Positions 7,785-17,531 of a stretch of 64,000 bases of DNA are shown here, one piece after another. The position numbers and the translations under genes are program-made. How positions within the stretch are numbered: the stretch's first letter is position 1; each line of letters opens with the position of its first letter. Below the pieces are notes generated by a model. That model was not told the origin of the DNA. It ran no database searches and saw nothing but the letters and a program-made list of their open reading frames with translations. Source of the DNA: Elusimicrobiales bacterium (GTDB lineage: Bacteria; Elusimicrobiota; Elusimicrobia; Elusimicrobiales; UBA9959); assembly GCA_036171915.1 (NCBI GenBank), contig JAVHRY010000092.1, forward strand, positions 15,298 to 79,297, given 5' to 3'.

Positions 7785-10295
7785 ATGAAAACTATTCCGA
7801 TCTACAGAAAACCCGTCACCCTCAGCGAAAACCAGGCGAAGGTTATCAAGGACAAATACCTGCGCGGCGAAAGCACGGTTGAGGAACTCTTTGAGCGCGT
7901 GGCGCATAATATTTCCCTTTCCGAACTCGTTTTCCACCCCGACGCCGGACAATGGGGCCTTTTTGAAGGAGTCCGCTGCCGCGTAGCCGGAGCGGGCGGC
8001 GCGGAAAATTCTTCGCGTTCGCTGCTTTTTCACGATGGGATCTCCGAAGCCTCGGAGCGCGAAGCTAATTTCCTCAGGTTCACCGCCAACCTCGAGAACG
8101 CCTATAAAACCATCCCCGCGGCCCGCGAAGCCGCCGACCGCAGGCGCGCGGAGTTCTACGGCCTTATGGCCCAATTCGACTTCCTGCCGAACTCCCCCAC
8201 CCTGATGAACGCGGGCCGCGAGCTGCAGCAGCTGTCCGCCTGCTACGTGCTGCCCGTGCCGGACTCCATGGAAGGCATAGCCAAAGCGCTCACCGCCCAG
8301 AGCCTTATACAGAAATCCGGCGGCGGCACGGGCTTTTCTTTCTGCCGCGTGCGCCCCAAAGGTGATACGGTAAAGAAAACCAACGGCGTGGCCTCCGGCG
8401 CAATTTCGTTCATGAAGCTTTTTGACAAGCTGACCGACGTGGTAAAGCAGGGCGGCACGCGCCGCGGCGCCAATATGGGCATACTGCCCTACTGGCACCC
8501 GGAGATAAAAGAGTTCATCGCCATAAAGTCCCAGCCGGGCGCGCTTGAAAATTTCAATATTTCAATAGCGCTGGACGACAAATTCATGAAAGCCGCGGCG
8601 GCCAACGCCGGCTACGACCTGATAAACCCGCGCGACGGCCGGGCAGCCGGCTCCATGAAAGCCAAAGAAATATTTACCGCGCTGGTAAATTCCGCCTGGG
8701 AGACCGGCGACCCCGGCATAGTTTTTCTTGACCTCATCAACGAGACCAATTCCAATCCCACCCCGGCGCTGGGGCAGATAGAGAGCACAAACCCCTGCGG
8801 AGAACAGCCTTTGTTGCCGTGGGAATCCTGCAACCTGGGGTCTATAAACCTGGCGAATTTCGTTGTAAAAGGCGCGAACGGAGCCGGAATGGACTGGGAC
8901 CGCCTGGGCGCCACCGTTTTCAAGGCGGTGCGTTTTCTGGACGACGTTATAGAGATAAACAATTATCCGCTGCCGGAAATTGAGAAGATAGCCAAGGGCA
9001 ACCGCAAGATAGGCCTGGGCGTTATGGGCTGGGCCGAAACCGCCGTAAAACTGGGCGCGGCTTACGACAGCCCGCAGGGTCTTAAGACCGCCGAAGAGGT
9101 GATGAAATACATTAACGAGCGCGCGCTTGAAGCCTCCGTTGAACTGGCCAAAGAACGCGGGGTTTTTTCGAATTGGAAAGACTCAATTTACGACGCGCAG
9201 GGGAAACATTTCAGGGGCGCGGCGGCCAGGCCCAGGAACGCCTCGCGCACTACCATCGCCCCCACCGGCACCATAGCGATAGCGGCCGGGCTGCAGGGCT
9301 CGGGCATAGAGCCTTTTTTCGCCATCGCTTACACCCGCTATAACGCAAGAGCGCTGGACGCCATAAAGAACAACCGGGACCCGGAAGCCAAAGACACCTT
9401 CTATGAAGTAAATACGCTGTTCAAGCAGGCGGCAAAGGAACACGGTTATTTCGGCCTGGACGAGGCCGCGCTGTGGAGGAAAATAGAGACCAATCATAAA
9501 TCTATACGCGGCATACCAGAGATCCCCAAACGGATACAAGATCTTTTCCCGACCGCCCACGACGTATCCATAGAGAACCACGTAAGGATACAGGCGGCTT
9601 TCCAGAAGCATACGGACAACGCCGTTTCAAAGACCATCAACATGCCGAACTCCGCCTCCGCGGAGGACGTAAAGAACTGCTACCTGCTGGCGCATAAGCT
9701 GGGCTGCAAGGGAATTACGGTTTACCGCGACGGCTGCAAGGCCCAGCAGGTGCTTAATCTCGACGCGAACGCTCCCCGGCAGGCAAAGACGAAAAAAAGG
9801 AAAGCCGCGCAGCAGTCTTTCGGCGTTTCTTCGGAATACTTCCAGCTCAAGACCGGTTACGGCCCCCTGCACGTGCATATAAACTACGACGAGCACGGCC
9901 CCTCGCAGATCTTCACCAACATGCCCCCCCTGGGCACCGAGATCAGCGGGCTTACCTCGCTTATCGGCATACTGCTTTCCAAATACCTGGAGGAAGGCGG
10001 CGACCCCGTCAAGATCATAAAACATCTCAACTCCATTAAGGGCGACCGGCCGATGGGGCTGGGTGATAACCGGGTTAATTCTATAGCCCACGGCATAGCT
10101 TTGGCGCTAAGGAGCCACCTTAAGCGCACGGGGATAATATCCTCAGACCAGGATATTAACGGGGTGGAGAAACTGGAACTCTGGGAAGCCTCCCGCACCC
10201 AGTACTGCCCGAAATGTTATTCTTCCAACGTCAGCTACGAATCCGGCTGCTCCGGCCCCGCCTGCCACGACTGCGGCTACTCGGAGTGCTCCTGA
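7785..10295 (+). CDS. nrdJ: Class II (adenosylcobalamin-dependent) ribonucleotide reductase with C-terminal Cys-rich zinc-ribbon tail
   Basis: Active-site block ESTNPCGEQPL, with extended similarity pattern to NrdJ. C-terminal CPKC...CHDCGYSEC. Start set at ATG 7785 with AAGGA upstream. Confidence 0.9.
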   Translation: MKTIPIYRKPVTLSENQAKVIKDKYLRGESTVEELFERVAHNISLSELVFHPDAGQWGLFEGVRCRVAGAGGAENSSRSLLFHDGISEASEREANFLRFTANLENAYKTIPAAREAADRRRAEFYGLMAQFDFLPNSPTLMNAGRELQQLSACYVLPVPDSMEGIAKALTAQSLIQKSGGGTGFSFCRVRPKGDTVKKTNGVASGAISFMKLFDKLTDVVKQGGTRRGANMGILPYWHPEIKEFIAIKSQPGALENFNISIALDDKFMKAAAANAGYDLINPRDGRAAGSMKAKEIFTALVNSAWETGDPGIVFLDLINETNSNPTPALGQIESTNPCGEQPLLPWESCNLGSINLANFVVKGANGAGMDWDRLGATVFKAVRFLDDVIEINNYPLPEIEKIAKGNRKIGLGVMGWAETAVKLGAAYDSPQGLKTAEEVMKYINERALEASVELAKERGVFSNWKDSIYDAQGKHFRGAAARPRNASRTTIAPTGTIAIAAGLQGSGIEPFFAIAYTRYNARALDAIKNNRDPEAKDTFYEVNTLFKQAAKEHGYFGLDEAALWRKIETNHKSIRGIPEIPKRIQDLFPTAHDVSIENHVRIQAAFQKHTDNAVSKTINMPNSASAEDVKNCYLLAHKLGCKGITVYRDGCKAQQVLNLDANAPRQAKTKKRKAAQQSFGVSSEYFQLKTGYGPLHVHINYDEHGPSQIFTNMPPLGTEISGLTSLIGILLSKYLEEGGDPVKIIKHLNSIKGDRPMGLGDNRVNSIAHGIALALRSHLKRTGIISSDQDINGVEKLELWEASRTQYCPKCYSSNVSYESGCSGPACHDCGYSECS

Positions 10296-10315
10296 ACCCG
10301 CCCGCAGAACGGATA

Positions 10316-10350
10316 AAAACCCCGCGCCAGGAACGCGGTGTTTTTATTTT
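10316..10350 (+). terminator. Rho-independent terminator candidate after nrdJ
   Basis: Short GC stem (CCGCG...CGCGG) followed by TTTTTATTTT. Confidence 0.45.
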
Positions 10351-10386
10351 AACCCCAAAGGCGGGCATATTTTATAAAATGTATTG

Positions 10387-11040
10387 ATGAACAAGGGGCT
10401 TTTTATCGTTTTGGAAGGGCCGGACCGGGCCGGAAAATCCACGCAGGCCGCGCTGCTGAAAGCGTGGCTTGAAAGCCTCGGTCGGGTAGTGTTGGTAACG
10501 CGCGAGCCCGGCGGCACATACCTGTCCGAAAAAATACGCAGGATACTGCTGGACCCGAAAAGCAATATAGAGCCGCTCACCGAGCTATTCCTCTACGAGA
10601 CCTCGCGCGTAAAACACACGCTTGAAAAGATAATCCCGGCGCTCAAAGCCCGTAAAGTGATAATCTCCGACCGCTACACCCTTTCCACAACTGCGTACCA
10701 GGGTTACGGGCGCGGCCTGGACCTCAAGATAGTGGAAACTCTCAACAGGATCGCCACGCTTAATTTAAAACCGGACCTGACGATAGTGATGGATATCCCG
10801 GACAAAGTTTTCGCGAAACGCGAACGCCTTGCCCAGAAAGTCTCCGGCCCCGACCGCATCGAAAGCGCCTCCGCCGCGTTCCGCAAGCGGGTAAACAGCG
10901 CGTACAAACTACTGGCCCGGCGCCCCGGGATAACGCGCGTGGACGGGGGCCGGACGGTGGAAGAGATACAGGCCGACATCCGCGCCCGCGTGGGAAAGAT
11001 TTTGAGCGCAAAGCATAGAACGCGAACCGGAAAGCGTTAA
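10387..11040 (+). CDS. tmk: Thymidylate kinase
   Basis: P-loop LEGPDRAGKSTQ, DRY motif (SDRYTLST), typical length. ATG 10387 is preferred over TTG 10384. Confidence 0.9.
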   Translation: MNKGLFIVLEGPDRAGKSTQAALLKAWLESLGRVVLVTREPGGTYLSEKIRRILLDPKSNIEPLTELFLYETSRVKHTLEKIIPALKARKVIISDRYTLSTTAYQGYGRGLDLKIVETLNRIATLNLKPDLTIVMDIPDKVFAKRERLAQKVSGPDRIESASAAFRKRVNSAYKLLARRPGITRVDGGRTVEEIQADIRARVGKILSAKHRTRTGKR

Positions 11041-11100
11041 TGAAAAGTCTCCAGACCTTAAATACTGTTCCCGATTCACGGTTCACGATTCGCTCCTGAT

Positions 11101-12177
11101 ATGTCATTTTCAAACGTACTCGGCCAGGACAGAACCATTAAACGCCTGCGCGCGCTGGTGGAGACCGCAAGAATACCGCCGGCGATGATCTTCCACGGGG
11201 CCCCGGGCACAGGGAAGTTCCTGACCGCGCTGGAATTCGCCAAGGCGCTTAACTGTTCCCACACCGAGCATAAAGAAAAACCCGCCGCCCCGCCGCCCCC
11301 CGCCGATGACGACCTTTTCGCGCAGGCGGCCCCCACGCCCCCGGCCGTACCTGTTGCCGAACCTGCAAAAAAACATTCGGACATGTCGGATTCCTGCGGG
11401 ATGTGCTTATCCTGCCTTCAGGCGCAAAGCGGGGCGCACCCCGACATCCGCGTGGTGGACACGGCTTTCCAGGCCGCGCTGCTGGACGAAGCGGAGAGCG
11501 CGAATCTTAAGATAGACACCATGCGCGAGCTCACGCGCTGGGCCCAGCAGAAGCCTATGCTTTCCGCCTGGAAGGTTTTTATAGTGCGCGACGCCGAGGC
11601 GCTGATGCCGCAGGCCCAGAACGCGCTGCTTAAGACCCTGGAGGAGCCGCCGCGCGGCACGCTGGTCATACTTACAGTTTCGAAGAAGACCTCGCTGCTG
11701 GCCACTATTCTTTCCCGCTGCTGCTTAATAGAATTCGGGCTGCTGCCGTCCGCCGCGGCGCGCGCCATCCTTGAGGCGTCGGGGAAGGATCCCCGCGAAG
11801 CCGCCGCCATGGCTGCGATAGGGCGCGGTTCGCTCGAAAAGGCCGGGGAAGCCGGCGGTTTTCTAAAGCGGGTCACGGCCTTGCGCACCGGGGACCCGGC
11901 CAGGATCTTTAAATTTTCAGCCGGCCTCAGCCGCGACAGCCACAAAGCGCGTTCGGAAGTCAAAACGCTGCTGGACCTCATACTTCTGAGGGAACGCGCC
12001 GCCTGGAGCGGCGCCCAGGGCCCGGCCAAGGCAAGGCTGACCGCCCTGCTCCGGCGCACGCTGGACCTGAGGCGCATGGCGGACCGCAACGTCTCTTACC
12101 TGCTCCTGCTTGAAACAGCCCTGCTGGAAAGCGAGCGGGCGGGAATAAAATTAGAAGACCTGATAAGGACGGAATAA
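11101..12177 (+). CDS. holB: DNA polymerase III delta-prime subunit, with a Pro/Ala-rich insertion in the zinc module
   Basis: GAPGTGK P-loop-like motif, CGMCLSCLQAQSGAHPD zinc/HPD block and an SRC motif (ILSRC). Confidence 0.8.
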   Translation: MSFSNVLGQDRTIKRLRALVETARIPPAMIFHGAPGTGKFLTALEFAKALNCSHTEHKEKPAAPPPPADDDLFAQAAPTPPAVPVAEPAKKHSDMSDSCGMCLSCLQAQSGAHPDIRVVDTAFQAALLDEAESANLKIDTMRELTRWAQQKPMLSAWKVFIVRDAEALMPQAQNALLKTLEEPPRGTLVILTVSKKTSLLATILSRCCLIEFGLLPSAAARAILEASGKDPREAAAMAAIGRGSLEKAGEAGGFLKRVTALRTGDPARIFKFSAGLSRDSHKARSEVKTLLDLILLRERAAWSGAQGPAKARLTALLRRTLDLRRMADRNVSYLLLLETALLESERAGIKLEDLIRTE

Positions 12178-12180
12178 AGA

Positions 12181-13659
12181 ATGAACACTAAAAAGTACTA
12201 CATTACCACGCCGCTTTATTACGCGAACGACAAGCCGCACCTGGGCCACGCCTATACCACGCTCGCCGCGGACATCCTGGCCCGGCACCTGCGCTCTAAA
12301 GACATCCCGGTATATTTCCAGACCGGCACCGACGAACACGGCTCCAATATAGAAAAAATAGCCAGGGAAAAAGGCGTGGAACCAAAAGCCTGGTGCGACG
12401 GGATCTCCGCGGACTTCAGGGAACTCTGGAAGGCTCTCAATATAAACTACGACAAGTTCATCCGCACCACTGACCCCGGGCACGAGGCCGCGGTACAGGC
12501 GGTATTTGAATATCTCATAAAAACCGGCGACATCTACCTGGGCTCCTACTCGGGGCTCTACTGCAGTTCCTGCGAGGCCTTCTACGACGAGGGCGAGCTG
12601 AAGGACAAGAACTGCCCCGTCCACGCCAGGCCCGTAGAGCAAGTCAGCGAAGAAACTTATTTCTTCAAGCTTTCAAAATACGAGGGGGCGCTGCTGAAAT
12701 ATTACGAGCAGCACCCGGATTTCCTCTCGCCGCGTTACCGTTCCCAGGAACTCATCAACTTCGCCAGGTCCGGGCTTAAGGATATTTCCGTTTCGCGCAC
12801 AAAAGTAAGCTGGGGTGTAAAGGTACGATCGAACCCCGGGCACACGGTCTATGTCTGGTTCGACGCCCTGCTTAATTACGCCACCGGGGCCGGCTACAAC
12901 CCGGAGAACCCCTCCCCTGATTTCCCCACGCTCTGGCCGGCCGACTTGCACCTGGTGGGCAAGGAGATCTTCCGTTTCCACGGAGTGATCTGGCCCGCCA
13001 TGCTGATGGCGCTGGGGCTGGAACTGCCGCGCAAGGTTTACGCGCACGGCTGGTGGACGATAAACGGCGACAAGATGTCCAAGTCCCGCGGCAACTTCAT
13101 AAAGGCCGAGGATGTGGTAAAGGATTACGGGGTGGACGCTCTGCGCTATTTTATCTTCAGGGAAGTCACCTTCGGACAGGACGGGGATTTTTCAATGGAC
13201 GCCTTCAAGCGCCGCTATAACTCGGATCTGGCCAACGACCTCGGCAACCTTTTTTCCAGGGTAATGAACATGGCGGCTAAATGCCTGGACAACCGCCTGC
13301 CGGAAAAGCCGGAGGAGTCCGCCACTTTCAGGGAACTCTCGTCGTGGACCCCGGCCATACACCGCAGCCTGGAGGACCTGCAATTCAGCGAGGCCCTTGA
13401 GAAGATCTGGCAGGGCGTCAGCACGCTTAACCGCCTGGTGGACACGCAAAAACCCTGGGTAATGGCCAAGACAGATCCCGCGGCTTTAAAAGCGTTCCTT
13501 CATGAAATGATCTGGTGCCTGCGCCTTATAGCCGGTTGGATAGACCCCTTCATGCCGGACACGGCCAGCCGCATGTACCTGCAGCTGGGAGTCGGCAAGC
13601 CCTCGGTTCCCGGAGTGGAACCGCAGAAAGTCCCGCCCCTGTTCCCGCGCAAACAATAG
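12181..13659 (+). CDS. metG: Methionyl-tRNA synthetase (short form, no C-terminal tRNA-binding extension)
   Basis: HIGH-type motif KPHLGHAYT, KMSKS motif, and a CSSC...CPVH knuckle. Confidence 0.95.
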   Translation: MNTKKYYITTPLYYANDKPHLGHAYTTLAADILARHLRSKDIPVYFQTGTDEHGSNIEKIAREKGVEPKAWCDGISADFRELWKALNINYDKFIRTTDPGHEAAVQAVFEYLIKTGDIYLGSYSGLYCSSCEAFYDEGELKDKNCPVHARPVEQVSEETYFFKLSKYEGALLKYYEQHPDFLSPRYRSQELINFARSGLKDISVSRTKVSWGVKVRSNPGHTVYVWFDALLNYATGAGYNPENPSPDFPTLWPADLHLVGKEIFRFHGVIWPAMLMALGLELPRKVYAHGWWTINGDKMSKSRGNFIKAEDVVKDYGVDALRYFIFREVTFGQDGDFSMDAFKRRYNSDLANDLGNLFSRVMNMAAKCLDNRLPEKPEESATFRELSSWTPAIHRSLEDLQFSEALEKIWQGVSTLNRLVDTQKPWVMAKTDPAALKAFLHEMIWCLRLIAGWIDPFMPDTASRMYLQLGVGKPSVPGVEPQKVPPLFPRKQ

Positions 13660-13674
13660 GGAAACGTCGTAAAT

Positions 13675-13705
13675 AAAAAACCCGGGGCAAGCCCCGGGTT
13701 TTTTT
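13675..13705. terminator. Bidirectional rho-independent terminator between convergent metG and pssA
   Basis: AAAAAACCCGGGGC-AA-GCCCCGGGTTTTTTT: an 8-bp GC stem with an A-tract on one side and a T-tract on the other. Confidence 0.8.
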
Positions 13706-13718
13706 ATTCCCCGTGTTT

Positions 13719-14528
13719 TCAGGGCAGAACTTCTTTATTGCTGAATATTTTCCTGAAGGCCCCGTACAACCCCGCGATAACGCCGGAGACCGCGTACAGG
13801 GAAAAGAACATGAACAGCGCGTCCTGCGGGTAAGCCACTATCATGGAAAGAATGGCCGTTATCACCAATATTCCCTTTATCGAATTGGGCTTCAGCATGC
13901 CCCCCTTGAAGGCCGCATAAGGGGCCGAGGAGACCATCAGCAGGGCCAGCGCTATCATTATGAACGGTATCGCGGCGTAGACAAAAGGCATCTGTTCCAT
14001 TACCAGGCGGATATTGCGCGTCCCGCCCTCGCCCTCAAGCATGCTGTAGGCGAGCACAAAAGACACCAGTATCCCCGCGGCTCCGGGGATAGGCAGGCCC
14101 TGGAAGTAATCCTTGGAACTTCCGCCGAAATGAGATTTAACGTTATACCGGGCCAGGCGCAGCGCGCCGCAAAGGACGTAGAGAAAAGCCACCGGGTAGC
14201 CCCAGAAGCCGTAATCCTTAAGCGCGAACTTGTAGATAAGGTACGCAGGAGCGATACCGAAAGAGATCCAGTCTGACAGGGAATCTATCTCCACGCCGAA
14301 GGAACTCTCGCCGTGCACCAGGCGGGCCACCCGGCCGTCCAGCATGTCCATGACGTAGGAAAGCATTATAAACCAGGCGGCCACCACGTAATTGCTTTCA
14401 GAAGCTGAAAGTATGGCGAAGAAGCCGAAGGCCATGTTGGCTATGGTGAAAATAGACGGCAGAACCACCGCCCCGGTCTTTTTAAGTTTCTCAATATCTA
14501 TGCGTTTTTTATCCTGTATTTCTTCCAT
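13719..14528 (-). CDS. pssA: CDP-diacylglycerol--serine O-phosphatidyltransferase
   Basis: CDP-alcohol phosphatidyltransferase motif DMLDGRVARL...GVEIDSLSD. Multiple TM segments; GAGGA SD. Confidence 0.85.
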   Translation of the reverse strand: MEEIQDKKRIDIEKLKKTGAVVLPSIFTIANMAFGFFAILSASESNYVVAAWFIMLSYVMDMLDGRVARLVHGESSFGVEIDSLSDWISFGIAPAYLIYKFALKDYGFWGYPVAFLYVLCGALRLARYNVKSHFGGSSKDYFQGLPIPGAAGILVSFVLAYSMLEGEGGTRNIRLVMEQMPFVYAAIPFIMIALALLMVSSAPYAAFKGGMLKPNSIKGILVITAILSMIVAYPQDALFMFFSLYAVSGVIAGLYGAFRKIFSNKEVLP

Positions 14529-14566
14529 TTTATAATCCTCTTCATGAACGGATGAATGCCCGGAAT

Positions 14567-15193
14567 TTACCAGATGCCCAGCAAGGTCTCGGCGCCGGCC
14601 ACTTTATCTCCCGGCTTCACCATCACCTTGACGGTATCCGGCAGGTAGACCGCCACCTGGGAACCGAAATAGATCATCCCCACGCGCTCGCCTATCTTAA
14701 CGTCCTGGCCTTCTTTAACGTAGCAGGCTATGCGCCGCGCTATGGCGCCGGTTATCTGCTCCATCTCAACGGAGCGGCCGTATTCGCCGCTTATGCGGAT
14801 AAGGTTGCGCTCGTTCTGGGCGGCTTCCGGCGCGTAAGCCAGGGCGAACTTCCCCCTGGTGTATTTGATCTTTTCTATCCTGCCTTCCATGGGAGCGCGC
14901 TGCACGTGCACGTTGAACACGGACAGGAAGATGCGGATCACCGTCACCCCTGGAGTTCCCTCGTTCTTTATAGTCATAACCGTGCCGTCGGCGGGGCAGG
15001 CTATTTCACCGGGAGCGAATACCCGGTCGCGCTCGGGGTCGCGAAAAAAGTAGGCTGAAAACGCGGCAAAAGCCAGTCCCAAAAACAGCACCGGCACCCC
15101 GGCCAGCCTGGACCATGCCGTCAGGATACCCCCGACAGCCGCCGCCGCAACGCCGATAATTATAAGTTTTATTCCCACAGGCGCAAATCCCAT
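14567..15193 (-). CDS. psd: Phosphatidylserine decarboxylase proenzyme (small type)
   Basis: FGSQV self-cleavage-type motif near the C-terminus and an N-terminal TM hairpin. Start set to ATG 15193 (GGAGGA SD); the longer ORF-track version would overlap the tRNA. Confidence 0.8.
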   Translation of the reverse strand: MGFAPVGIKLIIIGVAAAAVGGILTAWSRLAGVPVLFLGLAFAAFSAYFFRDPERDRVFAPGEIACPADGTVMTIKNEGTPGVTVIRIFLSVFNVHVQRAPMEGRIEKIKYTRGKFALAYAPEAAQNERNLIRISGEYGRSVEMEQITGAIARRIACYVKEGQDVKIGERVGMIYFGSQVAVYLPDTVKVMVKPGDKVAGAETLLGIW

Positions 15194-15228
15194 ATTATCC
15201 TCCGGAGTCTGCCGTCGCGAAATCTTAA

Positions 15229-15312
15229 TGGGCATGGTGGGACTCGAACCCACACGGCCTTGCGGCCAACGAATTTTAAGTCCGTCGCGTCTACCAGTTC
15301 CGCCACAAGCCC
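15229..15312 (-). tRNA. tRNA-Leu (anticodon UAA), 84 nt, long variable arm, no encoded CCA
   Basis: The reverse complement folds as a cloverleaf: acceptor GGGCUUG/CAUGCCC (one U:U mismatch), D-arm GCGGAACUGGUAGACGC, anticodon loop CUUAAAA, variable arm UGGCCGCAAGGCCGU, and T-arm GUGGGUUCGAGUCCCAC. Confidence 0.9.
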
Positions 15313-15343
15313 TTAACGCTTCCGGCCTATTATTCTACTAATT

Positions 15344-15766
15344 TTACCGGCGTTCCTTGCGCAGTTCGGAGTCGGCAAGCCGCTGAAAACTTTCGCAGGT
15401 GAGGGTTTTAACGCTTTCGGCGGCGGCACGGTCGCGCAGGCCGTTATCGGAGGTGACTATTATGGCGCGTATCCCCTCCCGGTGCATAAAGTAGCCGCGC
15501 TCCGCCAGCATTTCGTCGGCCGGCTCGGAGTCGCTGAAGTAAACCGTTATGGAAGGCCCGGAGGGGCAGGAGCGGTAAGGGCCGTCAAAGACAACGCGGA
15601 AGCACGAGGCTTTCAGGCTTTCCGTCCTGGAAACGTCGACAAGCCACTGCATAAATTCTCGTTCAAGCTCCGCGGCTGAAGCGCCGCCCGCCTTCTCCCA
15701 GAAGCGCATGGAGAAGTTTGAACCGTCCACAAGGTATACCGTGGGTTTTGTTGAAAAGCGCTTCAT
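15344..15766 (-). CDS. NYN/YacP-like putative ribonuclease
   Basis: VYLVDGSNF near the N-terminus, VVFDG mid-protein and IIVTSDN near the C-terminus match the YacP/Rae1-like NYN pattern. Confidence 0.55.
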   Translation of the reverse strand: MKRFSTKPTVYLVDGSNFSMRFWEKAGGASAAELEREFMQWLVDVSRTESLKASCFRVVFDGPYRSCPSGPSITVYFSDSEPADEMLAERGYFMHREGIRAIIVTSDNGLRDRAAAESVKTLTCESFQRLADSELRKERR

Positions 15767-16926
15767 TTAAGGCCTACCTGCAGCGTCCGTATCTTCCTGA
15801 GCTTGCGCTCAATTTTAAGCCCCAGCTGCTTCTGGAGCTGGATATTGATACCCTTGGCTTCGCGCGAAGTAAAATCAAAATTATAGGAGAACGGCCCCCC
15901 CGCTCCCGTCTCGTCAAGCACCGGGTCTTTTACAAAATCTTTTATCGCGGCCGCCAGAACTCCGAAAGAAGCCCCGTCCGCGCTGAACACCGTCCCCTCG
16001 AACTTAGAGCCGCCGAAGTTTTCCGCGGACTTGATGTTTATCGGCCCGCCTGGGGCGGCCTTCAGCACGTAAACCTCGCCTTCGCGAACCGTCTCTTTAA
16101 CTTTAAGCCCCAGGGCTGTTTCAAGACCGTTAAGGAAAAAACCGCGTTTATCCCCAGCGCGGCCCGGCGGGAGCCGCAGCCGGATATCGTAGCTTGCCGC
16201 CATGACCTTTTTCGCCTCAGGGTTCACTTCAAGTTTATCCACTCTGCCGAAAACAGACTCCAGCGCGTATTCAAGCGGCATGCCGGTGGCGCGCATAAAC
16301 TCCGGGCCGTACTGCGCCGTACCGCCGCCGGACCGGCCGGCGGCTATATAAAATTCCGCCAGGACTTCGGGAGTTGAAAGCTGAACGCCAGCCGCGTCCG
16401 CTCCGCCGCCTTTTACCTGGCCCGCTCCTCCCGAAATAAGCCCTTCCACCGACTCCTCCGTAACGTCGGAGGGGGAGGTTAAAGCCGCCACCTTCCCGTC
16501 CCGGCCCACCAGCACGGTGTACGGGCGCCCGTATACGCGGAACGCCTTGAACACCTCAGCCTCGGCTTCGGGCGCTATCCAGCCGCCCAACTGGTGGTCC
16601 TTCAGGAAAGCGCGCACTTCAACCTCGCTCTCGTCAGTAACGGAAATAAAAACTACGGGCTTGCCCTTGAATTTTTCCACAAGTTGATTTAAATGCGGGA
16701 TATTTTCGACACAGGGTTCGCACCAGGTGGCAAAAAATTCAATGACGGCTGCCTTGTTGTCCAGATCCGCCCAGCCTTTCAAGCCCGGGAACGGGGCGTT
16801 TATCAGTTTTTTAAGGCGCAGCTCGGGGGAGGGTTGCCCGGTTTTTACAAGCCTGGGGCGTTCTACGGGCTGCTTTTGACAGGCTGCCAGTGCCAGCAAA
16901 AGGGCTGCAAAACATATTTTTTTCAT
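15763..16926 (-). CDS. Lipoprotein fusing a TlpA-like thioredoxin domain to a TIGR03435-like C-terminal domain
   Basis: Lipobox LLALAACQ at the chosen ATG 16926. Redox motif FFATWCEPC. The C-terminal half carries DETGAGGPFSYNFDF...LQKQLGLKIE, which resembles the TIGR03435 family signature. Confidence 0.65.
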   Translation of the reverse strand: MKKICFAALLLALAACQKQPVERPRLVKTGQPSPELRLKKLINAPFPGLKGWADLDNKAAVIEFFATWCEPCVENIPHLNQLVEKFKGKPVVFISVTDESEVEVRAFLKDHQLGGWIAPEAEAEVFKAFRVYGRPYTVLVGRDGKVAALTSPSDVTEESVEGLISGGAGQVKGGGADAAGVQLSTPEVLAEFYIAAGRSGGGTAQYGPEFMRATGMPLEYALESVFGRVDKLEVNPEAKKVMAASYDIRLRLPPGRAGDKRGFFLNGLETALGLKVKETVREGEVYVLKAAPGGPINIKSAENFGGSKFEGTVFSADGASFGVLAAAIKDFVKDPVLDETGAGGPFSYNFDFTSREAKGINIQLQKQLGLKIERKLRKIRTLQVGLK

Positions 16927-16930
16927 AGCT

Positions 16931-17407
16931 TTAAACCGGGATACGGTGCAGGGTAACCCCGTAACGGCGGCCGCCCTCCGCAGCTCCGGCGCAGGTGAGC
17001 ACGGGGAAAGGCGCAAAATCCGCGGCATTAAGCGCGGCGCTGCAGGCCGCTCCGGCGGGTCCGGAAACAAGTACCTGCGCCTGGAAATAGCGCCCGGGGC
17101 AGGTTTCGGTTTTGCCGGCGTAAGGGCAGACGGCGTAGAAATCCAGCCGGACCTTGATCTCGCCGCCGTCCAGTGCCAGGGTTTCGCAAGCAGATGACGC
17201 CGCCGCCTCTCCGGGGACGGAGGGCAGGCTCAGGCGGGCCGTTACCGGGTGGTTGCGTTCGCCGGGAACAGGCAGGCCGCATTTCCCGTCCGGGCACTCC
17301 TGGGTCCAGGCTGAAAGATAGCCGGACAGTTCAAGGCCGGGCTCGCCTACCGAAGCCGCGATAGGCCTGGTTATCAGTACGGCCAGGATCAGGAGCGGTC
17401 TTTTCAT
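16931..17407 (-). CDS. Secreted Cys-rich hypothetical protein (8 Cys)
   Basis: Signal peptide MKRPLLILAVLITRPIAAS. The ORF ends 4 nt before the thioredoxin lipoprotein gene. No recognisable family. Confidence 0.45.
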   Translation of the reverse strand: MKRPLLILAVLITRPIAASVGEPGLELSGYLSAWTQECPDGKCGLPVPGERNHPVTARLSLPSVPGEAAASSACETLALDGGEIKVRLDFYAVCPYAGKTETCPGRYFQAQVLVSGPAGAACSAALNAADFAPFPVLTCAGAAEGGRRYGVTLHRIPV

Positions 17408-17531
17408 CTGTTATATTTTACTAAATATTGCGGCCATGGCTTTTGCGGCCGGCGCCAAGTTGGGCCGCGGCATTTATTGCGCCCCGCGCCTATTCGCTTT
17501 CTCACTTGTTTTTTGCTATATTTCAGTAACT

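Noticed and set aside
11041-11100. Tandem GATTCACG/GTTCACG/ATTCGC words upstream of holB as a possible operator.
   Set aside because: The repeats are short and imperfect with no dyad symmetry and no second occurrence in the window. Support is insufficient.
15194-15253. N-terminal extension of psd to 15253.
   Set aside because: It would overlap the tRNA-Leu gene (15229-15312). ATG 15193 has a GGAGGA SD.
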